Made by a program: the position numbers and the translations under genes. Positions 10,310 through 20,044 of a DNA stretch of 64,000 nt are shown here, piece by piece. The notes beneath the pieces were generated by a model. It did no database searches. It saw only the letters and a list, made by a program, of their open reading frames with translations, and was not told where the DNA came from. Origin of the DNA: an uncultured bacterium (GTDB lineage: Bacteria; Zixibacteria; MSB-5A5; CAIYYT01); NCBI GenBank assembly GCA_963726455.1, contig CAVSCK010000004.1:96001-160000 (forward strand), read 5' to 3'. Position 1 is the stretch's first letter. Each line of letters opens with the position of its first letter.

Positions 10310-10567
10310 TCACGCCTTGTTCAACTGATCAAGCCGCTTGTTGAGTGTGCGCAAATGGCTCATTATGACACCGATTCCGAACGACAGTACTCCGAAGCAA
10401 AATGCGAATGCCATGATTGCCAGCGCACTATATTGTTTTCCCTGCTCGACCACTGTGACTACGTTTTCCGAATGGAGCACGGCATTGATGAAGTCATTGG
10501 AGGTTGTTATCTGCCGGACGTCAAATACCGACTGCATCACCTGCCCGATAACAACGCCCGCCACCAA
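10310..10567 (-). CDS. Small hypothetical membrane protein (start uncertain)
   Basis: Hydrophobic ORF co-oriented with and just upstream of the redoxin/ABC genes. Confidence 0.5.
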   Translation of the reverse strand: MVAGVVIGQVMQSVFDVRQITTSNDFINAVLHSENVVTVVEQGKQYSALAIMAFAFCFGVLSFGIGVIMSHLRTLNKRLDQLNKA

Positions 10568-10737
10568 GATGACGATTCCCAGAATCTTGTAGACTAAGCC
10601 GATTGGAAACCTCCCAAAGCTTCTATCTTAAAACCATTTAACGCAGCAGGCAACCACAAAGTTGCACGAATTGCTTTCGTCGTGCCTCACTGTGGATTCT
10701 GCCAGCGCCGTTGTGGCAACACGAGGTCAAAAAACGC

Positions 10738-10766
10738 TTGACTTCGGTTTGAGAGTAACTTATCCT
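10738..10766 (+). promoter_or_regulatory. Candidate sigma70 promoter
   Basis: TTGACT-N17-TATCCT upstream of the CDS at 10830. Confidence 0.5.
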
Positions 10767-10829
10767 TATTGTAAAGAAAAGTGAATTTCATGGCCTAAGT
10801 CTTGCGGCTCGAAACTTAGGGAGGTACTT

Positions 10830-11780
10830 ATGCGAACATTCTTAACGTTCGTGACGGTGTTCGTCACCGCACTGTTCTTCTTTCCCAGTGTCTCCGTTTT
10901 CGGGGCGGACCACGACCGCGATGGCATTGACGATGCCGTCGACAACTGCATCGTCATCCCCAATCCGGATCAGACTGACAGCAACGCCGACGGTGTCGGC
11001 GATGCGTGTGATTACTCGGCTCCCAACAGAGGCGATGTTCACATCAGCTTCAACGGGGGTGCCGACAAGCTCTACATTGGTGAAGACAACATTATGGAAA
11101 TCTGGATTGCTAACGGCGCTCCCGTTTGGGGAATGTCAATCGGCTTCTCCTTTGCCACTCCTGATAGTTTCCACTTTGTATCACCGTATGGCAATGCCCC
11201 TTCGACGGGAAAGCGTTGTGCACAGCTTTACGGCAAAGTACTCGAAAGCCTTTGCTTCACCGATTATGGATGCAGGTTTCAGGTTTCCAGAACCGCTGGT
11301 TGGGATAGCATTCTCTTGGGTGGGGCAGCGCAAGATTTTCCTATGGCAGCAGCTCCCGGGCACGAACTGGCGATCAAAATGAAAATATTCGTGCCGCCAC
11401 TTCAAAATGAGCTACCCGGAGGATTTTGCGTTGATAATATTTTCTATCCGCCTGCCGGTCCCTGGAAATTCGACTCAGGCAGCGGCAATACTTACCCGCC
11501 CGATTTCCAGGGCAATCCTAACACGAGCGTTCAGAATCCCGATGCTCCGCCGGTATGCTTCGACCTTGTACTTCCTGATTATATACCCGGTGATGCAAAC
11601 GCGGACGGCTCGGTCGACATCAGCGATAATATCTATTTGATCGCCTATATCTTTGGCGATGGTTTCGCACCAAATCCGCCCATGTCCGGCGATGCGAACT
11701 GCGACGGCGTTGTTGACATTTCCGATCCAATCTTTCTGATCGCTTATATCTTTGATAACGGTCCGGCGCCGTGCCAATAG
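10830..11780 (+). CDS. Secreted protein with TSP3 repeat, cohesin-like beta-sandwich and dockerin (paralog 1)
   Basis: Signal peptide, [35 protein letters not shown] (thrombospondin type 3), and dockerin pair ending GPAPCQ. The cohesin-like call is inferred. Confidence 0.8.
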   Translation: MRTFLTFVTVFVTALFFFPSVSVFGADHDRDGIDDAVDNCIVIPNPDQTDSNADGVGDACDYSAPNRGDVHISFNGGADKLYIGEDNIMEIWIANGAPVWGMSIGFSFATPDSFHFVSPYGNAPSTGKRCAQLYGKVLESLCFTDYGCRFQVSRTAGWDSILLGGAAQDFPMAAAPGHELAIKMKIFVPPLQNELPGGFCVDNIFYPPAGPWKFDSGSGNTYPPDFQGNPNTSVQNPDAPPVCFDLVLPDYIPGDANADGSVDISDNIYLIAYIFGDGFAPNPPMSGDANCDGVVDISDPIFLIAYIFDNGPAPCQ

Positions 11781-11810
11781 AGAGGTAAGTAGAGAGAGGC
11801 GACTGAATAT

Positions 11811-12753
11811 ATGTACCGGTTGGTAATGACATTCTTGTTGGCAGCGGCGCTTACAGTGGTAATGCCTGCGGCTATTGCACTGGCCTATGGCGGCCCAGGC
11901 GATCACGACGGCGACGGAATTCCCGACGCCCAGGATAATTGCGTCGTCATCCCCAATTCCGACCAGGCCGACAGCAACGGCGATGGTGTCGGCGATGCGT
12001 GTGATTACTCTGCGCCGAACAGAGGCGATGTTCACATCAGCTTCAACGGCGGAGTCGACAAAGTCTTTATCGGTCGGGACAATATCATGGAAATCTGGAT
12101 TGCCAATGACCAGCCGCTTCTTGGTATGACGCTCGCCATGGCATTCACTTCGGCATCCGGATCCTTCAGTTGGGTCACGCCCTACGGAAACAAACCTCCG
12201 AGTTCACCGAAATACGTGCAAGAGCACGGAGACGCCTTTAACGCATTCGATCTGGGCCTGCTCGCCTTCACAGCGACAAATCTTCCGACTTCATGGAGAA
12301 TGGGGGGAGCGGCGCTGGATCATCCATTGCCTGCGCATATCGGTCACTCTCTTTGCTACACGCTCAAATTGCGAATACCTGCGGATCAAGTGCTTTCTGC
12401 TGGTGGTTTCTGCGTCGACAACATCTTCTTCCCGCCTGCAGGCAACTGGAAATTTGACCCGGGTGGTGGCAATATGTACGCACCGGATTTTCAGGGTAAT
12501 CCTAACACAAGTACGACCAATCCCGGATGCGCCGAATGTTTGTTTCGACATCATCGTTGCCGGAGACGCCAACGGTGATAACGTGGTCGACATCTCTGAC
12601 GCGGTATACCTGCTCGCTTACATATTCAACAGCGGACCCGCACCCAATCCGGTCGGCGCTGGCGACACCAACTGCGATGGAGAAATTAACATTTCCGACG
12701 CCGTTCATTTGATTGCCTACATCTTCAGCGGCGGCTCGGTGCCCTGTCCGTGA
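11811..12753 (+). CDS. Secreted protein with TSP3 repeat, cohesin-like domain and dockerin (paralog 2; frameshift near 12528)
   Basis: Same architecture as paralog 1. ORFs 11811-12578 and 12403-12753 join. Ends GSVPCP. Confidence 0.8.
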
Positions 12754-12798
12754 TGAAAATCCTGCCGGCCAGAATCTGAAACGATTTTGGCCTTGTTT

Positions 12799-14100
12799 CT
12801 AGAAGAACTGCGAAGAAGACAGATAGTAAGTCCACTGTCCGGTTTCAGTATTGTAGATCAAGTCCGCACGACCCAATTTCGGCCACTTCTTGAATGCCAA
12901 ACGCAAACCACCTCCCAGCGACCAGTAGGGGGAACGTAACGCATCGGACGCGTCACGATATCGTCCCCAGACGCTTGCGGCGTCAACGAACAACGCCACC
13001 TGCGAATACCATCGTTTAGTTTCGATAAATCTGCGGCGCGCCTCAAAATTAACGCCAAGCAGTTGATCGCCGCGCAACAAGTTGTTGCGAAATCCTCTGA
13101 CATTCAAATCACCGGCCAGCGCGTAAGGCAACACCCGTTCATTCTCCGACGAGGTCAGATATTGCGCACGCCCACAAAGATTGATGCTCTTCCAAACAGT
13201 GAATGCGCGGCCGACGAACTGCAGTCGCCAGGCGTCGAAATGTTGTCCCGGCAGTTCGCGAATCCAGTCGACGGCGGATGTTAGCTGCAAACCGTCATAA
13301 TAGAAATGATTCGAATAGATTCTTCCCAGATCGAGCGCCGTTCCGAATGTATAGCGCGGATAGTCGATGTTTTGCGGCGCCGAGAGCGGTGCCGTAGGCG
13401 ATGAGATCAAATTCCAACTCTCGCGCTGATAGCCGAAAAACAAACTCGGATAAATCTTCTCGGCCACGCGTAACCCCAGTGAAGTAAACAGGTATTTGTT
13501 CAGGTAGCGATAATTTGTCTCGATGCCTTCCACCAACCAGGGGTCTTTTTCCATCTGATTGGCCACGCTGACTCCGATTGCCAGGTCGCGACGGAACGCC
13601 CTCGGTAGCACTACTGACAGGACGTAAGAGTCTTCACCTTCGAAACGGCGGTAGAATCCCCGCACATTGCAGTAGAATCCCAACAGGTCACGTTCATGAG
13701 CGCCAACCATCCAATCAAAGGTGCCGTCCGTCTGGCTCGCTGAGACAATCGGCGTCAATGTCCAAATCTCGCTGAGATTGAACACGACATCGACCGAGTC
13801 GCCTTCAACGTTGACGAAGGGACGCACCTCCGAGAAAATGCCCAGCCCGTCAATCTTCTTCTGATCCCGCAGCATTATCTTCGCGTCGAGCGCCTGTCCC
13901 GGTTGCGATTCGATCTCGCGATGGAGAATCGCCTGTTTCACTTTGAATTTGCCCGCGAATGTTATCGAGCGGATTATCTTCCCGGAATAGCCCTCGAAAA
14001 TATTCGCGGCAGGGTCTAACGCTTGCGCGAACGAAACACATGTCGCAAGCAGAAACACTAGGATGGTCACCAGGGACAAGTTATTGGTATATCTGGTCAT
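12799..14100 (-). CDS. Omp85/BamA-TamA-family outer-membrane protein with one POTRA domain
   Basis: Signal peptide, POTRA IIRSITFAG...GLGIFSEV, loop-6 motif VRGF, ALFVDAASVW, SLGGGLR and a C-terminal Phe. Confidence 0.8.
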   Translation of the reverse strand: MTRYTNNLSLVTILVFLLATCVSFAQALDPAANIFEGYSGKIIRSITFAGKFKVKQAILHREIESQPGQALDAKIMLRDQKKIDGLGIFSEVRPFVNVEGDSVDVVFNLSEIWTLTPIVSASQTDGTFDWMVGAHERDLLGFYCNVRGFYRRFEGEDSYVLSVVLPRAFRRDLAIGVSVANQMEKDPWLVEGIETNYRYLNKYLFTSLGLRVAEKIYPSLFFGYQRESWNLISSPTAPLSAPQNIDYPRYTFGTALDLGRIYSNHFYYDGLQLTSAVDWIRELPGQHFDAWRLQFVGRAFTVWKSINLCGRAQYLTSSENERVLPYALAGDLNVRGFRNNLLRGDQLLGVNFEARRRFIETKRWYSQVALFVDAASVWGRYRDASDALRSPYWSLGGGLRLAFKKWPKLGRADLIYNTETGQWTYYLSSSQFF

Positions 14101-14277
14101 TGAGATGAGTGTCTTTCGGGCTTGCCAAGTATCTATCATATAAAATAGATCTTAAGCTTCCGTTTCCGGTGGTCAGGTTGCTTGCATGTATACCACTGAT
14201 TTCTGCTCAACGCTTACAAGATATGCATCTGGTAAGTATTATCACAACGATATCGTGCTGATATTGTCTGATTTCAC

Positions 14278-14305
14278 TAAAGAAAAATCTCTACGTTTCC
14301 GACTA
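14278..14305 (+). promoter_or_regulatory. Candidate sigma28 (FliA) promoter
   Basis: TAAA-N16-TCCGACTA just upstream of the receiver gene, with an imperfect -10. Confidence 0.35.
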
Positions 14306-14330
14306 GACAAATAGGGGAAAGGACCTCAAC

Positions 14331-14702
14331 ATGCCCTTAAAGGAAAAAAAGATTCTCATCGTCGACGATTTTGGTAACACGGCCAAGATCCTGGTCGAAA
14401 TGCTGGACCACCTCGATATTCCGACCGATAGTGCAGAGAACTCGGAACAGGCCTTTGCCAAATTGAGCGAACATGAGTATCGGCTTGTTATCGCTGATTC
14501 CCGTTTGCCGAAAGTCGACGGTCAGTCGCTGCTCAAACAGATTCGGAGCACCTGTCCCAACACCAAGATAGCGCTCATGTCTACGTTCGATTCCGTTGGA
14601 ACTCAGAAACTGGTGCGGGTCGACGACATCGATTATTATCTACCAAAACCGGTCAAGCTCGAGCATCTGGTGAAGATGATCTCGGATCTATCGCTCGATT
14701 AG
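14331..14702 (+). CDS. Single-domain response regulator
   Basis: ILIVDD, phosphoacceptor region IADSRLP, YLPKPV. Confidence 0.85.
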   Translation: MPLKEKKILIVDDFGNTAKILVEMLDHLDIPTDSAENSEQAFAKLSEHEYRLVIADSRLPKVDGQSLLKQIRSTCPNTKIALMSTFDSVGTQKLVRVDDIDYYLPKPVKLEHLVKMISDLSLD

Positions 14703-14815
14703 CTGCACAAACCGAGCTGTTCCCGGGCGATCACATAAGTTATTCCGCAGACGTCCCGCGTAAGCATAAGTCCAAACGGGACGGACGATCACCCTGTGCC
14801 CTCCTACAATAGTGC

Positions 14816-14843
14816 TTGATTTTTCTGCCATTTCTGGTATACT
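14816..14843 (+). promoter_or_regulatory. Candidate sigma70 promoter with extended -10
   Basis: TTGATT-N16-TATACT with TGn immediately before the -10. Confidence 0.5.
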
Positions 14844-14892
14844 AGGCATCGTCATACCCAAAGGTCCCCGTACTTACCCCGGAGGTTCACCC

Positions 14893-15768
14893 GTGTTGAC
14901 GAATCGCCATTCTCGGATAAGCACGTTTCTCCTGGTCGTCTTGGCGTTGTCTGCGCTGCCGGCTGAGTCATCACCGATAAACGTCAGGATTCCCTCCTAC
15001 TTCGGTGTTAATCCGGGCGACACTCTGGCGCTCTCCATCACCATGCAATCGCCCATGCCGCTCGGTGGCATTGACTTCACCTTTCATTTCGACGATAGCA
15101 TCTTCCGCCCGGTCAGCGTCCAGCAGGACACCGGCCTCAAGCATTGGGAATGGTTCATCAATCAATATGATTCTGTCGACGCCACCGTGCGCGTGACCGC
15201 AATTGCCGATTTACCCAACGGTCAGCATCCGAATCCCAGCGATTTCTATCCGAAGGGCTCGATCGCCATCATTCGCTTTCTCGTTTCGCCAAGCTGGACA
15301 CCGGATTCGTCTAAAATCCCCTTCACTTTTTACTGGCCGACCTGTGCCGACAACGCTGGTTCGAACATGCTCGGAGATTCACTCTTGGTCATCCGCCGAC
15401 TTCTTGATTCCGATGGCGCGCTGCTTTGGGACGAAACCGACAATTATAATTTTCCCGAGAATACCCGTCCCCCTCATATCGGCGTAGTCGATAGTTGCCA
15501 ACAGATTTCGGCCGGACTGCTATATCAACTCGACTTCCAAAACGGCTCAGTCGCCAATTACGCCCTCTGTGGCAACGTAGACGGTGATCAGTCCCTCGAT
15601 ATTTCAGACGCCGTCTATCTGATCTCGTACATATTTGCCTCGGGGCCGCCGCCGCAGCCACTGCTGTCGGGTGACGTTGACTGCACCGGATCAGTCGATA
15701 TTTCCGATGTCGTCCTGATAATCACCTACATCTTTGGCGGTGGTTCGCCACCTTGTAGCTGCCAATAA
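14893..15768 (+). CDS. Secreted cohesin-like plus dockerin protein
   Basis: GGAGG RBS then GTG, signal peptide, cohesin-like strand pattern PGDTLALSITMQSPMPLGGIDFTFHFDDSIFRPVSV...FQNGSV, dockerin ending GSPPCSCQ. Confidence 0.75.
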   Translation: MLTNRHSRISTFLLVVLALSALPAESSPINVRIPSYFGVNPGDTLALSITMQSPMPLGGIDFTFHFDDSIFRPVSVQQDTGLKHWEWFINQYDSVDATVRVTAIADLPNGQHPNPSDFYPKGSIAIIRFLVSPSWTPDSSKIPFTFYWPTCADNAGSNMLGDSLLVIRRLLDSDGALLWDETDNYNFPENTRPPHIGVVDSCQQISAGLLYQLDFQNGSVANYALCGNVDGDQSLDISDAVYLISYIFASGPPPQPLLSGDVDCTGSVDISDVVLIITYIFGGGSPPCSCQ

Positions 15769-15871
15769 CGGCAGATTCCTATATCACGTCATATTGCGTT
15801 CGACTCCCCTTGTCAGCGTATTTACAATTGCGTACCATAGCCAAAGTAACCTGATCAAGAAGGGAGCTCAT

Positions 15872-16168
15872 ATGATCCTGGTACGGGATATCTTTCATCT
15901 CAAATATGGCAAGGCCCGGGAGGCGATGGCGCTTTGGAAAGAGGGGCAGTTGATCATCCGCAAATCCGGCTACCAGCCCGACCGCCTGCTCACAGACCTG
16001 ACCGGTGACGCCTATACGCTGGTGCTGGAGAGCAGTTACTCCGGGCTGTCCGAGTTTGACGAACGGCTGCAGGACACACAGGCCAATGATGAATGGCGCA
16101 AATGGTATGAGCGCTTTGTGGCGCTGGTCGATTCAGGAAATCGCGAAATATTCCGAATAGTCGATTAG
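15872..16168 (+). CDS. NIPSNAP-like dimeric alpha-beta barrel protein
   Basis: MILVRDIFHLKYGKAREA...RLLTDLTG..YTLVLE...GNREIFRIV, with RBS GGGAG. Confidence 0.65.
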   Translation: MILVRDIFHLKYGKAREAMALWKEGQLIIRKSGYQPDRLLTDLTGDAYTLVLESSYSGLSEFDERLQDTQANDEWRKWYERFVALVDSGNREIFRIVD

Positions 16169-16227
16169 AAGTTCGCGGCAGACCGGCGGCGAATACTGAA
16201 ACCGAAACTGACAGACAAGGAGCGTCA

Positions 16228-16515
16228 ATGGCGACCTATATTATTCTCAGCAAACTGGGGCCGAATGCTTTCGACACACCGGAAGGACTCAAACGTCTGG
16301 CGAAAGTTGTCCGCGAGCGGCTGACCAAGGAATGTCCCAAGGCCAACTGGGTCCAAAGCTATGGTTGCATGGGAAGCTATGATGTCGTCGACATCGTCGA
16401 ATCCGACGACCCGCAGCAAATCGAGAAAGCGGTCATGATCATCCGTGCGTTCGGGCACTCGTCGACCGAAACTCTGCTCGCCACCCCCTGGGAGGAATTT
16501 CTCAAAGCGCTCTAG
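16228..16515 (+). CDS. GYD-domain protein
   Basis: MATYIILS...MGSYDVVDIVE...TETLLATPW. Confidence 0.85.
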   Translation: MATYIILSKLGPNAFDTPEGLKRLAKVVRERLTKECPKANWVQSYGCMGSYDVVDIVESDDPQQIEKAVMIIRAFGHSSTETLLATPWEEFLKAL

Positions 16516-16536
16516 TTTCGCAGAAATCCGATTTGG

Positions 16537-17127
16537 CTACTGATTGGCGAGAAACTGCTGCAAGCCGGTGATAAACATCTGCACGGCGACAGTGGTGAGA
16601 ATCATTCCCATCAGTCGCTCCATGGCCGTCAGGCCCTTCTGACCCAATAGGCCGCTCAATTTGTTCGATGCGAGCAGGATTGCCCCGCTTACGATCCAGG
16701 CGAAGACCAGCGCCAACAACCATTCCAGCCATTTCTCCGGTTCGCGTGTCATCAGCAGTAGTACCATCGCTATCGCCGACGGCCCGGCGATCAGCGGAAT
16801 CGCCAATGGCACGATGAACGGCTCTTCACCCTCCTTGAGCGTGTGTGGTCCTTCGGCAACCGGGAACACCATCTTGATCGCGATCATAAACAGGATTATG
16901 CCGCCCGCGATACTCAGCGCCGGCCCCTTGATCTGCAACAGCTTCAAAATAAACGGGCCGAAAAACAGGAACACGACCAGCACGATCAGTGCGATCGTGA
17001 GTTCGCGCACGATGATCTTCTTCTGCCGCGCCGGATCGACATTCTTCAACACGGTCAGGAACGGCGGGATATTGCCAACCGGATCCATCACCAGAAATAA
17101 CAACAACGCCGTCGAAAACATCTGCAT
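16537..17127 (-). CDS. MarC family membrane protein
   Basis: LFLVMDPVGNIP, VPLAIPLIAGP and ERLMGMIL motifs. Confidence 0.95.
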   Translation of the reverse strand: MQMFSTALLLFLVMDPVGNIPPFLTVLKNVDPARQKKIIVRELTIALIVLVVFLFFGPFILKLLQIKGPALSIAGGIILFMIAIKMVFPVAEGPHTLKEGEEPFIVPLAIPLIAGPSAIAMVLLLMTREPEKWLEWLLALVFAWIVSGAILLASNKLSGLLGQKGLTAMERLMGMILTTVAVQMFITGLQQFLANQ

Positions 17128-17182
17128 AACGTTTGAATTTTGGTCAACAATCCAACGAAGTCAACATTAAACAGCGCTTGCA

Positions 17183-17395
17183 TCCCTCACTCTTTGGGGA
17201 CTGTTGAAAGAGCCAGAAAAAGCAGGGAGTGTTGTGTCGGGTCTTGACTTCCGCCTCGTCCTGCGAGGCGGAAGTTGTGACCCGACACTTTTTTCCACTT
17301 GCGGCAGGTCACGTCCCCGACTGTCGTCGAAGACTAAGACCTGCCTCAACGGGCTTTTTCGACGCTCCCTTTGGGAAAGGACCGAGGGTGAGGGA
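17183..17395. repeat. Nested palindromic MITE/REP composite
   Basis: Outer TCCCTCAC...GTGAGGGA, imperfect TIRs GGGACTGTTGAAAGAGCC / GGCTTTTTCGACGCTCCC, a long internal hairpin at 17234-17288 and GCAGGTC...GACCTGC. Confidence 0.7.
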
Positions 17396-17448
17396 ATGTC
17401 GTCGCCGTCTCTATTTATCTTTCGCTTTCCGTTCGTTATCTTGCGTAC

Positions 17449-17853
17449 ATGTCATCTCACGCCCTCATGCAAATCGTCCAGCAGGCGATCATCGTCGATT
17501 CACAAAATCGAATTCTCATTTTGCGCCGCCCAGAGGGTGTCTGGCAGTTTGCCGGCGGTCGTCTGGAGCAAGGCGAACGTTGGGACGACGGCCTGCGCCG
17601 CGAAGTCAGGGAAGAGACCGGCATTACTGATTTCGAGATTGTTTCGATTCTGATGGTAGACAACTTCGAGTGGCAGGGCAATCAGCTTTACAGTACCTAT
17701 TTTTTCTGTCGTACGCATTCCGACGTCATCCGCCTGAGCGCCGAACACGTCGAATACCGCTGGCTCGACCGCACCGACGACTTTGCGCAGATCAACTTCT
17801 GGCACGACAACCTGCGTCAACTGGTAGCGCGTGTGTTTGCACTACTTTCGTAG
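17449..17853 (+). CDS. NUDIX hydrolase
   Basis: Nudix box GGRLEQGERWDDGLRREVREETG and SAEHVEYRW. Confidence 0.9.
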   Translation: MSSHALMQIVQQAIIVDSQNRILILRRPEGVWQFAGGRLEQGERWDDGLRREVREETGITDFEIVSILMVDNFEWQGNQLYSTYFFCRTHSDVIRLSAEHVEYRWLDRTDDFAQINFWHDNLRQLVARVFALLS

Positions 17854-17931
17854 TCTAGCCCCTTGTGGGCGATTCAACGCGGGTCTTCATCAGTTATTGG
17901 TGATCTGTAACTCAGACTGCCCTGGATTAAG

Positions 17932-19740
17932 CTATTCAAATCGGCCGGGCGTCGCCCCGCCGGCAAAGAAATATTGGATCAGGAAGGCAAGGTCCGAGAT
18001 GTCAACAGAATCATCAGAATTCGCATCACCGACCAACTCGTAAGGGAATGGCGCCGGGCCGCCATTGAAGATGTAGTCCACCAAATAGACGGCATCGGAA
18101 ATATCTATTGAATTACTCGCATCGCAATCCGCTTTCATCTTTCCCGCAAATCCGTTTATGGTGTTGTTCTTTATCGACCTCGTGCCCCGATAGGACTGCG
18201 TATACGTCAGTTCGTTATCGCGAATGTAATTCCAAAACTCGTGGAAGGTGCTGTCACGATGTGACTGGATGCCCCAGGTATAGACTGTCTCGAAGCTTAC
18301 AGGATAGTCCGAATTTTCGTCTTCGCCATCGTTGTCGGTGTCCCAAAGGTCAAGAAGAGCGCCGGCAACTCGTCCGGAGACAGCCGGACCTTGCGCGAAA
18401 TTCGAGCTTTGATGGTACTCAACATCGAAATGAAATCCATTTAGGTCGTAGTCCATTTGACCGTCGGGCGTAACCACTAAGGCGAAGAAATTGGCCCATC
18501 CCTCTCGCCACGCAACTCCTTCACAGGAACCCACATTTATGGGTTGCTCATTACAGCCCCCGGGCAGCACGTGAGAATATGCATGTACCATCATTGCATG
18601 CCCATACTCGTGATTTACAATGTCGATTGAGCAAGCATGATCTCTCATAATGTTGATCGTACCGGTCGCAATACCGGTTTCAGTTGCGGTTGCGGGCCAG
18701 ATGCATTGTACGAACTCGGGATGCGGTCCTACTTCTTCTGCGACCTCCCAGCCGAGGTTCATGTACTGAAAGCACCACATGGCCCCCTCATTGTAAGGTT
18801 CTCCGCCGTAGATGTAATGCGTCCCGAAGTCGACGACCGAATTGTCAGTTACGTCCCTAGTAATCTGAGAAAACCATTTATAGGGACTACTAGTCGGAGT
18901 TTGCTTGACCGACCACGAACTGTTCTCAGTTACGAATACCAAGTAGGGATCGGCGGTCCCGTCTTCGTCGGAATTGTCCAACCAGTTCATCGTGAAACAT
19001 CCGTACCAATCGGTAGTAGTGGTGCCGAGCCATGTATCGGCCCCTGGCGGATTGTCGTATTCGTTATCGTTCCAGATTTCAACATCACAGTTGACCGCTT
19101 CTCTAAACCATCCTTCCGCGTCACGAGCATCATGGTACAGCAAGATGCCTGTGATATCAAATGTCCCTGCACGTCTTCCTTGCCCACCGGTCTTATGTTG
19201 AAGACTATCGGGAATGTTCGGCAAAGCGCGCTTGCCGGAGTGTTTCTGAGGCACGAGGACAGGGTTCTTCGGCGGCTGCGGCAATTTCAATAGGGTGGGA
19301 ACTGTACGTTGGTATTCTAAGTCCGTCAATGCTCGACAAACTGAATCACTGACCTGGATATAGAACGACGTATGGCTCGTCGCCCGAGGATTGTCCCCCC
19401 AGCCGCCTGCGGCCTCTACTTTAACCTCCCAGATGCCGCGAGACGTCGCACGAATTATCCCTTTGAATGTCACCGCCGCGGTGTCCGGGAGACCGTAGGT
19501 TTCCTGTGGTTGGCTGACAACTTCAAACCCGCTGTCAGGCACGATTCTCGCTGTCACGTTCGTAATCTGCTTTGGCCAACATGATGCGCTAATCAACACG
19601 GTGGAATTTATCCCCAGACCTACTGTGTCGACACTCGACACAGTCACTTCAAGCGGGGCTGGACTTCTCAAGACCTCCTCCGCATGTGACACTGTCGCGA
19701 GCCAAAAGAAGATCATCAACGTTGCACCTATTTTACTCAT
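17932..19740 (-). CDS. Secreted zinc metallopeptidase with C-terminal dockerin
   Basis: Signal peptide, N-terminal Ig-like domain, VNHEYGHA, downstream AWREGWANF (third ligand) and a dockerin pair. Confidence 0.8.
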   Translation of the reverse strand: MSKIGATLMIFFWLATVSHAEEVLRSPAPLEVTVSSVDTVGLGINSTVLISASCWPKQITNVTARIVPDSGFEVVSQPQETYGLPDTAAVTFKGIIRATSRGIWEVKVEAAGGWGDNPRATSHTSFYIQVSDSVCRALTDLEYQRTVPTLLKLPQPPKNPVLVPQKHSGKRALPNIPDSLQHKTGGQGRRAGTFDITGILLYHDARDAEGWFREAVNCDVEIWNDNEYDNPPGADTWLGTTTTDWYGCFTMNWLDNSDEDGTADPYLVFVTENSSWSVKQTPTSSPYKWFSQITRDVTDNSVVDFGTHYIYGGEPYNEGAMWCFQYMNLGWEVAEEVGPHPEFVQCIWPATATETGIATGTINIMRDHACSIDIVNHEYGHAMMVHAYSHVLPGGCNEQPINVGSCEGVAWREGWANFFALVVTPDGQMDYDLNGFHFDVEYHQSSNFAQGPAVSGRVAGALLDLWDTDNDGEDENSDYPVSFETVYTWGIQSHRDSTFHEFWNYIRDNELTYTQSYRGTRSIKNNTINGFAGKMKADCDASNSIDISDAVYLVDYIFNGGPAPFPYELVGDANSDDSVDISDLAFLIQYFFAGGATPGRFE

Positions 19741-19930
19741 ATATTGCCTTCTTTCTTTCAATCCCATGAAACCATATGGTCATCTCTTTCGTATCAACAA
19801 CGAGTTTCTCCTAGACGGATGTCCACCTCCTGAAGATGCCACTTACATCTTACCCAATGGTTACTATCCTGATGTACTCACAAATAACGGCGGCGGGGTA
19901 CGACAAGCTCTGCCACTTGTCGATTTTGAA

Positions 19931-20044
19931 GTTACTAGCCGCCTTATGTTAACACTTTATAATACTATCTGTCAAGCAGCTTATTCCAACAATTGTTAAC
20001 TTCGCGGCAGCAGCACGCCACGAAAAGCTATTGACACACCGCCG
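19931..20044. repeat. 114-bp promoter block, copy 1
   Basis: Gapless match to 20877-20990 with 10 mismatches. Contains minus-strand TTGACA-N18-TAACAT and a plus-strand TTGACA. Confidence 0.9.

Noticed and set aside
10830-12753. Diversity-generating retroelement template/variable repeat pair
   Set aside because: Both copies are full genes, the differences are not adenine-specific, and no reverse transcriptase is in the window.
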